From an uncultured Candidatus Saccharibacteria bacterium (GTDB lineage: Bacteria; Patescibacteriota; WWE3; UBA101185; UBA10185), in NCBI GenBank assembly GCA_964535155.1, contig CAZHSR010000003.1:1-38274 (forward strand): DNA of 38,274 nucleotides. The letters run 5' to 3'. Made by a program: the position numbers and the translations under genes. The first letter of the stretch is position 1; each line of letters begins with the position of its first letter. Positions 8,343-17,845 of the stretch are shown in pieces. The notes under the pieces are model-generated. The model saw only the letters and a list, made by a program, of their open reading frames with translations, had not been told where the DNA came from and made no database searches.

Positions 8343-8427
8343 ACATTACTCCTATAAAACATATAATGAAGTAGATATATTGTAACCTAAGCAAGAAGAA
8401 AAACAACCTAATGTGTAATCTGGGTTC

Positions 8428-9906
8428 TCAGCTGGAACGCTTGAAAGAGCTTAAAAAACCAAAACCCCTCCTCACCAACCCCACAATCTGATCCTTAGTC
8501 ATAAAACCGCTCAACATCACTGCCTGTAAATACAGGAAACCAAAGACTACGAAAAGCACTAATTTTATCCATAAAGTCTCCAACATAAAGGGCAACGACA
8601 TAGCAATACTTTGTACCAGCAATAAAGCATGACCTCCCTCAAAAAACCCGAAATCCAAGGTGATTTTTGACAAGAAGAGCATTGCTAGAAGGCCAAAAAA
8701 ACTTCCCAGGGCAACAGAATAAGCCATACTAATCAAAGGATCCATGTGGGCGCGACTCAAAAAGAAAACTCCAACTGTAACTCCCAACATTAATCCAAAG
8801 CTTAAAATCATGGCAAAGACTTTTTTGGCAGGAATTATTACACTGGATTCAATAATGTTCATAAAGGAGTAAAAAATAAACGCAAACATTAAAGGCAAAA
8901 CCAGGGGCAAGGCTGGATGATATTTATCACTTCCCACTAAAATTGCAAAAACTTCTCTAGCCCAAAAAATTGCAAAAAAACCTGCTCCCAGAATAAAAAC
9001 ATATAATTTATTAAAATTATTCACAAATAAAGCCTTAAATTCTTCCAAATTTGTGGAATAAGTTTTAGATAAAACGGGCAAATTTACTGTTGTTACAGCA
9101 TCGGAAATGAGCATTAATTTTTTGGCATACAAAAGCCCAAACGAAAAGAACGCCACCATTTCGGCGGATAAATCCAAGCCCAACAACAAAGGCCCTGATT
9201 TTTCCCACCAAGTATAAATTATTTTCACAGCATAAATTGCCAAGCTAATAGAAAGCAAACTCTTTAATAAACGCTTTAAATCGGCAAAAGATGGCAGGCA
9301 AAATTCCTTCAAATAAGGTTTAAATGCAATAACTCCCATAACGATGGAGCTTATAAATTCAAAAGCAAATAGAGCATAAAAATATCCATTGATTTTGTAA
9401 AAATAAACCAGTGGCACATACAAAACAACACTTACCAACGCTATTCCCGCTTGATATATAAACAACTGCTTAAATCTATGCGTACCGGAAACTACTGCAT
9501 TTAAAATGCTTTGCACTGCTTCAACAACGAGACCTAAGGCGTAAATTTTTATGGGCAAAATTAAAAGTGAATTATTGTACTGACCAACCGCAATTTTCTC
9601 CGCGGAGAAAAACAAGAAAATAAAAACTGGAATTGTTACCGCGTATCTAATAAAAACTGTAGTAAAAAATATTTTAAAAATTTCTTTTGTGTCTTTTGTA
9701 GCCGAAATTTCTCTTGTAGAACCAGAAGCTAAACCTAAATGCTGATAAATTCCAAAGGCGCCTCCAATTGAGACAGCTAATTGCACAATACCCCACTCTT
9801 CCACACTTAAGACCCGAACTATAACAAAGGTTTGAACCAAGCCTAAAAGCATGGCAACCATTCTGGACATTAAACTAAATGCTTGTAATTTAACTAGGGG
9901 TTTCAT
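8428..9906 (-). CDS. MOP-superfamily polysaccharide/oligosaccharide flippase (Wzx-like)
   Basis: 492 aa with about 14 TM segments. The N-terminal pattern is typical of Polysacc_synt family proteins. Sits in the glycosylation locus. Confidence 0.65.
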   Translation of the reverse strand: MKPLVKLQAFSLMSRMVAMLLGLVQTFVIVRVLSVEEWGIVQLAVSIGGAFGIYQHLGLASGSTREISATKDTKEIFKIFFTTVFIRYAVTIPVFIFLFFSAEKIAVGQYNNSLLILPIKIYALGLVVEAVQSILNAVVSGTHRFKQLFIYQAGIALVSVVLYVPLVYFYKINGYFYALFAFEFISSIVMGVIAFKPYLKEFCLPSFADLKRLLKSLLSISLAIYAVKIIYTWWEKSGPLLLGLDLSAEMVAFFSFGLLYAKKLMLISDAVTTVNLPVLSKTYSTNLEEFKALFVNNFNKLYVFILGAGFFAIFWAREVFAILVGSDKYHPALPLVLPLMFAFIFYSFMNIIESSVIIPAKKVFAMILSFGLMLGVTVGVFFLSRAHMDPLISMAYSVALGSFFGLLAMLFLSKITLDFGFFEGGHALLLVQSIAMSLPFMLETLWIKLVLFVVFGFLYLQAVMLSGFMTKDQIVGLVRRGFGFLSSFKRSS

Positions 9907-9913
9907 ACATTTA

Positions 9914-12034
9914 TTACAATACCACTAAATCATCTATATAGAGATTTCGCGTATTTATCTTATTTGTAATGCTGACAAAAACTTTATATTCTCCTGAAGG
10001 CATAAATTCTGGGATTATTATTTCTTGAGTTTCTATATAGTTTAATTTTCCAGACCACGACTCCAACTTTCTAAGGCTTAAAGAAGCCAAACTTGCCACT
10101 TGGTATAACTCTCCAGTTTCTTCATGAACAAAGCTTGTGTATAAAACAAAGCCATTTAAGGAACGACCAGTCCTTCGGTTGAAGACGATTTCTAAAGGCA
10201 TGGAAATTCCCCTTTTGGCCTGACTTGGAACATTAAAGTCCACAACAAAAAGGGAATCCAAGAGTTCATATTCCACTTTAAAGTCGTATTCGTATCTTTC
10301 TTGGACAGGGAGGCGAGTATCTTTAGCATATTTTCCAACATTTGCGTAAACAAAAAGGTTTCCACAGCCTACGGCTAATTTATGATGATCACTTAAAAGC
10401 AGTGTTTCCACAGTATCCCCCACCATATCAATATTTACACCTAATATTCGGTTGAGCTTTTGAGCAAAGACATCCACTATTACGAAATCGGCTTCGTTAT
10501 AAAGGGCAGGAAATATTGCATAAGTTTCTCGCATGGAAAGGTGAGCTCCTAAATAATCTGGACCAGAGACAGAGGCGTTATCAGGAATTAGATGGATAAT
10601 CTTTTGGGCACATTCTCTATCTTTATTATCTAAACTGGGTAGATCCACTAGACTACCGATTTCTGCCTCATCTAAAGCTTTTTTGTTATCTATAGTGCGA
10701 GCAAAAACTTTACTAAGGAATCTTCTCTGAATTGATTGAGTTGCCCATAAATAAACAGGATTATCATAAGCAAAGCTTGTGTAAATATTGAGACCTAAAA
10801 TGAAGCCAGCAAATCCCATGGAGAGTACCTTGTAAGAAAGCTTTTTTTGCGGTCCTGCCAAAAATCCGCTTAAATATTGAATTGCAAAAATAACAGAAAT
10901 AAAAAGCACTGGTACAATCATGGAAATTCTATGATTATATATTTCAGAAGTACCTATGCCGCCAGAAGTCGTTGAATAATTTATTAGCAAATCAGGAAAT
11001 GCCATTGCAAAGGTTGCTGGCGCCAAAAACGGAAGGAACCCAACTGGCGTAAATGTCTCTGTAAAGTTTTGAGACTTCTCACCATCGAAAAAAACTTGGA
11101 CTAGTTGAACAGGTCTTGTTGCCATATTAAAGGCTACTTCCAAATATGAATCGCCAAAATCTGCATACCTTCCTAAAAAATAATTTTCTTTAGTGACTTC
11201 ATTTTCATATTCTGGATCCATTCCTATTGTATCGGCAAATTTTTTGTAACCCTCTATTCTGTAATGCGCAGAGGAAGGGATAATAATGAAAAAGGCAGTT
11301 ATAAACCAAACAATCCCCACCGAAGTAACCCACATTCCAAGCTTTCTTTGACCTCTAAAAAGCCAAATAAACAGACCATAAGGAATCATATACAGGGAAA
11401 TTTGCTCCTTCCCAGACATTGTAATAACAAGCAAAATCCAAAACCAAAGCAATCGCTTTTTTGAAAAGTTTTGTTGCTCAAAAGAAAGCTCCAAAAGGTA
11501 AAAAGCCAAAACAAAAAAGAACATGGCAGGCGTAACTCCATGAAAACCAGTTCTTGCAGTTAAATATCCAACAGCGGGATAAAACAAAAAAGCCATTCCC
11601 ACACAAAAAGCCCCAAATTTGTTTTTTAGCTTTAATTCTGCCAATTTAAACAAAAGAATGCTTGTAAAGGTCACTAAAATTACTTGAGAGAAGACTAAGG
11701 TTAAAGGGTGCTGGAAAAGGAAAAATATTGGGACAAAAAGCAAAAGAATTGGGTCAACATGGCTCATTCCCCAACGAGGCATATTTGTACCAAAATAATC
11801 AGTTACCCAAAGCAAACGACCATGTAAAGTATTCCAAACCATTTGGGTCATATTTCCTAAGTCAAATTTTCCAAAATCAAAGTTGTTATAAGAAAAAATA
11901 TTCATCTTAATGTTTATGGCAATAAAAAGGAAAGAAAATAGAATAAGAGACAGGAGCCAAAAATGTGAAGTCAAAAAGACAATGTATTTATTTTGAAAAT
12001 ATTTATTTTGTAAAATCTTATTCATAAACAACAT
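9914..12034 (-). CDS. DUF2079-like polytopic membrane protein (putative GT-C-type transferase) with a C-terminal soluble domain
   Basis: 706 aa. The N-terminal loop FDLGNMTQMVWNTLHGRLLW...MSHVDPILLL resembles the DUF2079 signature as I remember it. Confidence 0.5.
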   Translation of the reverse strand: MLFMNKILQNKYFQNKYIVFLTSHFWLLSLILFSFLFIAINIKMNIFSYNNFDFGKFDLGNMTQMVWNTLHGRLLWVTDYFGTNMPRWGMSHVDPILLLFVPIFFLFQHPLTLVFSQVILVTFTSILLFKLAELKLKNKFGAFCVGMAFLFYPAVGYLTARTGFHGVTPAMFFFVLAFYLLELSFEQQNFSKKRLLWFWILLVITMSGKEQISLYMIPYGLFIWLFRGQRKLGMWVTSVGIVWFITAFFIIIPSSAHYRIEGYKKFADTIGMDPEYENEVTKENYFLGRYADFGDSYLEVAFNMATRPVQLVQVFFDGEKSQNFTETFTPVGFLPFLAPATFAMAFPDLLINYSTTSGGIGTSEIYNHRISMIVPVLFISVIFAIQYLSGFLAGPQKKLSYKVLSMGFAGFILGLNIYTSFAYDNPVYLWATQSIQRRFLSKVFARTIDNKKALDEAEIGSLVDLPSLDNKDRECAQKIIHLIPDNASVSGPDYLGAHLSMRETYAIFPALYNEADFVIVDVFAQKLNRILGVNIDMVGDTVETLLLSDHHKLAVGCGNLFVYANVGKYAKDTRLPVQERYEYDFKVEYELLDSLFVVDFNVPSQAKRGISMPLEIVFNRRTGRSLNGFVLYTSFVHEETGELYQVASLASLSLRKLESWSGKLNYIETQEIIIPEFMPSGEYKVFVSITNKINTRNLYIDDLVVL

Positions 12035-12067
12035 CCTCTTTTTCTTCTTTTAGAATCATTGAAAACT

Positions 12068-13258
12068 TCATATATTCTTTTGAGCAAATTCATAAACTTC
12101 TTCTAACTTTTGGACTCTTGTTGACCAAGAATATTCCTGATAAACCTTGTTCCTATCAACAGAAATAGGATTACTTAACACTTTTTGAATTGACTCTGCA
12201 ATATATTCTGGATTTTGATTTTCCAAATAGGATAGGCCGGAAATCTCTTCGGTTAGTTTAAAGCCTGAAGCTAAAACTGGCACTGCACATGAAAGTGCTT
12301 CCATTACAACCTTCGGCGCCCCTTCAAATGAGGAAGGCAAAACAAAAATGTCAGCCGCCTGCATAGCAATGGGGATTTCTGGATACGGAGCATATCCTCC
12401 TTGTACAACGCGTTCTTGTAAATGATTATCTTGAATAAGTTGGTCCAGCTTTTTTAAATAATCGGGCTCTCCTGGTCCTACTAAAAGCAATTTATAAAGC
12501 GAAGGGAGATGCTTTAATGACAAAATTAACTTATCTATATTTTTCCGCTCCACCATCATCCCCACATTTAAAATAACTGTATCCGTGGGATCAAAACCTA
12601 AATCCTTACGGGTCTTTTCTTTTTCTTCTCCTCCAACAGGTTTAAACATGGCATCATTAACGCCTGACTCTATTACAAAGCACTTTTCTGATGGGGCGTT
12701 ATAATACTTTTTTGCTTCTTCAACCAAATCCTGCCCTACAAATATACAAGCATTTGAAGCTTTTATTGCCCATTTATCTGACAAAGTTGATAGGGGCCAA
12801 GATAAATATTGCGAAATAGGGTTAACTTTGCTCCCTTTTTCTAAAAGCTTTTGCTTTCGCCCTTCGGTAGTGTTATGAAAGTGCCCCACTAAAGGGATTT
12901 TCAGCTCCTGTGCATTTGGAAAAAACCTTTTTAAAAATAAGCGATATAAATATATCCAAATTGCAAAGTGCCCATGAGAATGGATTATATCCGGGCTATT
13001 TTGTCGCCTCCATTTTAAATAATAGAAAAACAAACAAACCGAAGTAGTGATCGCCAAAGTTCCTTTTAACGGCTCTCGCAAAAAGCCTATTACTTCCACT
13101 CCTTCTGGCTGAATAATTTTCCCAGAATTTGGCCACTTTCCAGCAAAAACAGTAACTTCATGTCCTTTCTTGGCTTGTGTAACAGTCAGCTCATATGGAT
13201 GAGGCGACAGTCCTGCCCAGGGCTCTGGCCAATCATAAACTATGCGCAATATTTTCAT
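12068..13258 (-). CDS. GT4 family glycosyltransferase
   Basis: 396 aa with GT-B architecture. C-terminal EGAPKVVMEALSCAVPVLAS block (E-x7-E region). ATGA overlap with the upstream gene. Confidence 0.8.
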   Translation of the reverse strand: MKILRIVYDWPEPWAGLSPHPYELTVTQAKKGHEVTVFAGKWPNSGKIIQPEGVEVIGFLREPLKGTLAITTSVCLFFYYLKWRRQNSPDIIHSHGHFAIWIYLYRLFLKRFFPNAQELKIPLVGHFHNTTEGRKQKLLEKGSKVNPISQYLSWPLSTLSDKWAIKASNACIFVGQDLVEEAKKYYNAPSEKCFVIESGVNDAMFKPVGGEEKEKTRKDLGFDPTDTVILNVGMMVERKNIDKLILSLKHLPSLYKLLLVGPGEPDYLKKLDQLIQDNHLQERVVQGGYAPYPEIPIAMQAADIFVLPSSFEGAPKVVMEALSCAVPVLASGFKLTEEISGLSYLENQNPEYIAESIQKVLSNPISVDRNKVYQEYSWSTRVQKLEEVYEFAQKNI

Positions 13259-14436
13259 TGTTTTAATACCTCTGCAAAAACTTTTTCATACTGATCTAAC
13301 ATTTTATCAAGTGTAAGGTTATTATAAGCAAATTTTCTGCTGTTTTCAGAAAAGGTTTTTCTCTTTGTGGGGCTATTAATTAGGTCTAACAATTTCTCCT
13401 TAAACTGGGCATACTCCCCCGAAGGGATTAGAAATCCAGTTTCTTCGGTTTTAACAGCATCTGAGACTCCGCCCACGCCAAAGGCAACAACTGGGAAACC
13501 TAAAAACAAGGCTTCTGCTAAAACCATTGGGAAACCTTCATATCGTCTTGTAGGAAAGGCAAATATTGCATCTTTTTGCTGATTTAGAAATTCTAAAAGT
13601 TCTAAATAAGGCTTTTTTCCATGCAAGATAAAATTGTCTTTTTGGGACTTCTCAACCAATGCTTTTAGTTCTTCTAAATAGTCTCCACCTCCAATAATGT
13701 CAAACTTGATTTCCGCAAATTCTGGTTCTTGTGAAAGCTTAAAAAGTGTATCTAGACCTTTGGATTTTGTTATTTGCCCTACATAAAGGATTTTTGGCGA
13801 ATCTGTGGGCGCATTTGATATGTTTGTAAATAAAGCAGGGTCAACTCCATTATTTACCACAGCAACTTTATCCTTTGAAACAAAGGTTTCATTTAATAGA
13901 GCCTCCTTTACTGCCGAAGAAACGGCAATAATCTTATTGGAACCATGAATAAATTGTCTTTGCCTTCCAAAAAATACTCTTAAAACAAAAATCGAGTCCT
14001 TTAATAGCCTAAAATAAGCCTTAAATCCCTTTGCTGTTTGAAAATTCGTTTGAAATTCGCCAATAATGGTCCCATGTGAAATTGAAACAATAGGAACATT
14101 GAATTCTTGGCGTTTTTGAATAATTCCCAGTCCTGCGGAGCTTTGACTTATAACTAAATCAAAGGGCTTTTCTTTATGATGTTTTGCAGAAACTCCTCTA
14201 GAAACATTAAGCCAATTATTTTTTCCAAAATGCGTTAGTTTGTAGACACAGGGAAGAAAGTGATATTTGACACTATTTTCATACTTTGTTTCAAACTTTA
14301 ATTCTTTTTGGGGCGCAAAAACCGAAATATCATGGCCTCTTCGGACTAAGCCCTCACATAAAGTCTTATTTTGAGTCTCTAAGCCACCATATCCCGTGTG
14401 AAATGTTGTGGATTTAATAAAAACTGCTATCCGCAT
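13255..14436 (-). CDS. GT4 family glycosyltransferase
   Basis: 393 aa. YGGLETQ N-terminal motif and EGFPMVLAEALFLGFPVVAF block. Confidence 0.8.
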   Translation of the reverse strand: MRIAVFIKSTTFHTGYGGLETQNKTLCEGLVRRGHDISVFAPQKELKFETKYENSVKYHFLPCVYKLTHFGKNNWLNVSRGVSAKHHKEKPFDLVISQSSAGLGIIQKRQEFNVPIVSISHGTIIGEFQTNFQTAKGFKAYFRLLKDSIFVLRVFFGRQRQFIHGSNKIIAVSSAVKEALLNETFVSKDKVAVVNNGVDPALFTNISNAPTDSPKILYVGQITKSKGLDTLFKLSQEPEFAEIKFDIIGGGDYLEELKALVEKSQKDNFILHGKKPYLELLEFLNQQKDAIFAFPTRRYEGFPMVLAEALFLGFPVVAFGVGGVSDAVKTEETGFLIPSGEYAQFKEKLLDLINSPTKRKTFSENSRKFAYNNLTLDKMLDQYEKVFAEVLKQ

Positions 14437-14440
14437 GGAT

Positions 14441-15706
14441 TCATTGTATCAAAAGCTGTTCTAATTCTTTTATGTTCTTGTCTATGTCAAACATTGCCAA
14501 AGCTTTTTGTCGCAAAATTTCACAAGGATAATCCTTGGCCGTTTTGGCACTTTGCTCTGTTGCCACAGGCAAATCCCCCATTTTTATGAAGGATAATCCT
14601 TGAAGGATTGCATCAGCCAATGCCTTTGGATCCCTTTGTGGCACTATCCAACCAGTTTTTTCGTCAACTAATTCAAGGATACTCCCTGCATCTGTTGCAA
14701 CTATTGGCTTTGCCAACATTGCTGCTTCTATTATAAAAGTGGGGATACCATCGGCGTCACCAGAATCTAGGTTTATATTTGACTGCACAACCAAATCACA
14801 GGCCTTTAAATAAGAGACAACTTCATTAAAAGGCACCCCTTCGCCTCCGCCATGTATAAAAACATTATCTTGTAGCCCTAAAGAGGCTATCTGTTGAGTA
14901 AGCTCTTGATACAAAGGACCTGGCCCTGCAATATGCAGTTCAAAATCCAAACCGTTATCCTTTAAAATTTTTGCCGCCTCAATCAAATACTTTTGCCCCT
15001 TCTTTTCTACCAAGCGAGCGCCACCATTAAACAAAAAAGGTCTTGTTCCCCTTTTCGCAGGAGGGACAGAATCAAAGGACGCCACAGAATCTATTCCATG
15101 GTATTGCAATAAAACATTTTCAGGAGCTTCAACACCAGAACGCCTAATGCAATCTTCATAAGCAAAGCGATTACAAATGGAAATGAATTTTGCGGTTGCT
15201 ACTTTGGAAGCAAAAAATTCACCTTCTACCATTACATCCTTTGCATGTGCCGAAATACTATATGGAATTTCCAGCAACTTTGACCCTATCATTGCCATTG
15301 TAGAAGGCCACGACATGAAATTTGCATGAATATGATCAGGAGAAAGTTGTTTAAATAAGTAAGCATATCCAACCGATTTGGCAAAAATAACCAATTTTTT
15401 GGCTAAAGTTTCTTCCTTTGTGGAAAGTAAAAATCTAAAAGTTTTCCCTAAAACCGAAGGTTTCCTGCTCAAAAAATAAATCCAAGCTCTAATTGCCGTT
15501 ACAAAATCCAATCTCTGATAAACAACATGAGTTGCAACATTATCAAATAATCTTCCACTAGCCTTTTCCAAAGAGAAAACAGTTATTTCTAAATTTCCTA
15601 AATCTACGAGCTTAGAAATTTCCCTCTGAATAAAAGTTTCAGTTAAACGCGGAAACTCAGGAACAAAAATAAGAATTTTCTTTTTTTTGTCCTGATTTTT
15701 CTGCAT
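14441..15706 (-). CDS. GT4 family glycosyltransferase carrying palindrome cluster C in frame near its C-terminus
   Basis: 421 aa. DGIPTFIIEAAMLAKPIVATD block. The C-terminal segment QGLSFIKMGDLPVATEQSAKTAKDYPC is encoded by the repeat cluster. Confidence 0.8.
   Translation of the reverse strand: MQKNQDKKKKILIFVPEFPRLTETFIQREISKLVDLGNLEITVFSLEKASGRLFDNVATHVVYQRLDFVTAIRAWIYFLSRKPSVLGKTFRFLLSTKEETLAKKLVIFAKSVGYAYLFKQLSPDHIHANFMSWPSTMAMIGSKLLEIPYSISAHAKDVMVEGEFFASKVATAKFISICNRFAYEDCIRRSGVEAPENVLLQYHGIDSVASFDSVPPAKRGTRPFLFNGGARLVEKKGQKYLIEAAKILKDNGLDFELHIAGPGPLYQELTQQIASLGLQDNVFIHGGGEGVPFNEVVSYLKACDLVVQSNINLDSGDADGIPTFIIEAAMLAKPIVATDAGSILELVDEKTGWIVPQRDPKALADAILQGLSFIKMGDLPVATEQSAKTAKDYPCEILRQKALAMFDIDKNIKELEQLLIQ
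14443..14451 (-). promoter_or_regulatory. Extended -10 (TGaTACAAT) placed for a leaderless start of the GT4 gene at 14436
   Basis: The minus strand reads TGATACAAT-gaatcc-ATG. It overlaps the 3' end of the upstream GT4 gene. Confidence 0.4.
14524..14601. repeat. Palindrome cluster C: 2 perfect copies 65 bp apart, inside a CDS
   Basis: AAGGATAATCCTT at 14524-14536 and 14589-14601, with a 52-nt spacer. Total length 78 bp = 26 codons. Confidence 0.9.
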
Positions 15707-15716
15707 ATCAAAAAGA

Positions 15717-17084
15717 TTATTCCTTAACTTCTTCTAAAATTGCGGAGCCACCTTCAAATTGCTTGTAGTCTCCTCCATTTGTGCGCTTACCTATTGCAAA
15801 ATACTTGATTCCAGCTTTTTCCACAGCTTCTTTATCAAGCAAATTCCTACCGTCAAAGATTACTTTCTCCTTTAACAACGATTTAACCTTATCTAGGTCT
15901 AGTTCACCAAACTGCTTCCATTCTGTAAGCAAACACAAAGCACTAGCACCTTCCATTGTGTCGTAAATGTCCTTGGCATAATAAACAGAAGTCTCCCCCA
16001 AAATTTGTTTTGCGTTTTCCTGACCGGCAGGATCAAAGACTTTAACAAGAGCACCCATTCCCCTTAGGGCCTGAACTATTTTTATAGAAACAGAAGCTCT
16101 AACATCATCTGTGTCGGATTTAAAGGATAAACCTAAACAGGCAATAGACTTTCCATTGAGATTTCTACCAAAATGACCAACAACCTTGTCCAGAAAATAA
16201 TCCATTTGTCTTTCATTTACTTCCATGACGGCACGAAGTAATTTAAAGTCATAAGCCTGATCTGTAGAAGTTTTATAAAGGGCAGCAACATCCTTTGGGA
16301 AGCAACTTCCACCATAACCAATTCCTGCATTTAAAAACTTAGGTCCAATTCTTTTGTCAAGTCCCATACCAAAGGCCACTCTGGAAATATCGGCACCAGC
16401 TCTTTCACAAATTTGGGCCATTTCATTAATAAATGAAATTTTTGTTGCCAAAAAGGAGTTAGACGCGTATTTAATCATTTCGGCAGAACGAAGATCGGTC
16501 TCTACAATAATTGTTCCTAAATGATCATATAAGCTCTTTAATGTTTCTAAAGCCTTTTCCGAATCCGACCCTATTACTACTCTATCTGTATTTCTCATAT
16601 CCTCAACCGAAGTACCTTCGCGCAAAAATTCAGGATTAGAAGCAACATCAAATCTGGCTCCTTTAGGGGCGTATTTTCTTACAATTTGTTTAACTCTTTC
16701 ATTTGTTCCCACTGGAACAGTGCTTTTAGTGACAATGACTTTGTAACCATTTAAATTTTCACCAATTTCTTTTGCAACAGCCCAAACATACGACAAATCT
16801 GCAGCTCCAGTTTTTTCGTCTTGAGGTGTACCTACACAAATAAAGACAATTTCGGCATCTTTAATGCCTTCACCAAGATTTGTTGTAAAGGAAAGTCTGC
16901 CTGATTCAATGTTAGACAAAACAACTTCGGAAAGGCCTGGCTCATAAATGGGCATAACACCTTCCTTAATTTTTTTAATTTTTTCGGCATCAATGTCAAC
17001 TCCTATGACATCGTTACCCCAATCTGCAAAAATTGCAGCACCAACTAATCCTACATATCCTGTTCCTACTACACAAAGTTTCAT
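15717..17084 (-). CDS. ugd: UDP-glucose 6-dehydrogenase
   Basis: 455 aa. N-terminal Rossmann motif VVGTGYVGLV and catalytic Cys motif GGSCFPKD. Confidence 0.9.
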   Translation of the reverse strand: MKLCVVGTGYVGLVGAAIFADWGNDVIGVDIDAEKIKKIKEGVMPIYEPGLSEVVLSNIESGRLSFTTNLGEGIKDAEIVFICVGTPQDEKTGAADLSYVWAVAKEIGENLNGYKVIVTKSTVPVGTNERVKQIVRKYAPKGARFDVASNPEFLREGTSVEDMRNTDRVVIGSDSEKALETLKSLYDHLGTIIVETDLRSAEMIKYASNSFLATKISFINEMAQICERAGADISRVAFGMGLDKRIGPKFLNAGIGYGGSCFPKDVAALYKTSTDQAYDFKLLRAVMEVNERQMDYFLDKVVGHFGRNLNGKSIACLGLSFKSDTDDVRASVSIKIVQALRGMGALVKVFDPAGQENAKQILGETSVYYAKDIYDTMEGASALCLLTEWKQFGELDLDKVKSLLKEKVIFDGRNLLDKEAVEKAGIKYFAIGKRTNGGDYKQFEGGSAILEEVKE

Positions 17085-17845
17085 ATTTTATATACTCCTC
17101 TTAAATTATTTAATCTTATCCTTAACACATCTCTAGCCATTTTTAGAGAGTCTTGCAGGGGATTTAAGCGGGTGGTTCTAACATAAGTCCATTTAACTGG
17201 AACTTCTCTTATTTTATAGCCAAGTTTTCTGGCTATAAATAAAACCTCCACATCAAAAGCTCCTAAATAAGCCTTTTGCTGAATTTCTGCGGATTCTCCA
17301 TAAATTGTCAATCGTGCAAAAGTGTTTTTTGCAGCTTCTCGCTTGAAAAGTTTAAACCCGCATTGAGAATCTTTTATACCAGGTAAAATCAATGCTTGCA
17401 CTAGAAAATTAAAGACTCTTCCCATTAGATGACGATAGAAAGGCTCATCCACTCTTTCGGCCCCATGACCTTCCCTAGAGGCTATAACTATATCATAGTC
17501 ATGCTCACGGACCCAAAGAGAAAGCTTTTTTAGCTCTTCAATAGGTGCCGACAAATCTGTATCTGCCATATAAATATATTCACCACGGGCTTCCATAACT
17601 CCCTTCCAAACAGTGGGGCCCTTCCCTTTATGAGCATTTTCTATAAGCCTAATATGATCATGATCTTTTTGATACTCTTTTATTTTTGCTACGGAATCAT
17701 CTGTACTTCCATCATCTACAACTACTATTTCAAAGGAGTCACAAAACGAAGGCATAAAATTTAGAATCTGGGTTAAAGAAGAAGTTATTTTCCCTGATTC
17801 ATTAAAACAGGGTATGACAATTGAGTATTCAATCATTTTTTCCAA
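17081..17845 (-). CDS. GT2 polyprenyl-phosphate glycosyltransferase (dolichyl-phosphate beta-glucosyltransferase / ArnC-like)
   Basis: 254 aa. SIVIPCFNE, VVDDGSTD and the DxD-type ADTDLS motif. ATGA overlap with ugd. Confidence 0.8.
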   Translation of the reverse strand: MEKMIEYSIVIPCFNESGKITSSLTQILNFMPSFCDSFEIVVVDDGSTDDSVAKIKEYQKDHDHIRLIENAHKGKGPTVWKGVMEARGEYIYMADTDLSAPIEELKKLSLWVREHDYDIVIASREGHGAERVDEPFYRHLMGRVFNFLVQALILPGIKDSQCGFKLFKREAAKNTFARLTIYGESAEIQQKAYLGAFDVEVLFIARKLGYKIREVPVKWTYVRTTRLNPLQDSLKMARDVLRIRLNNLRGVYKI

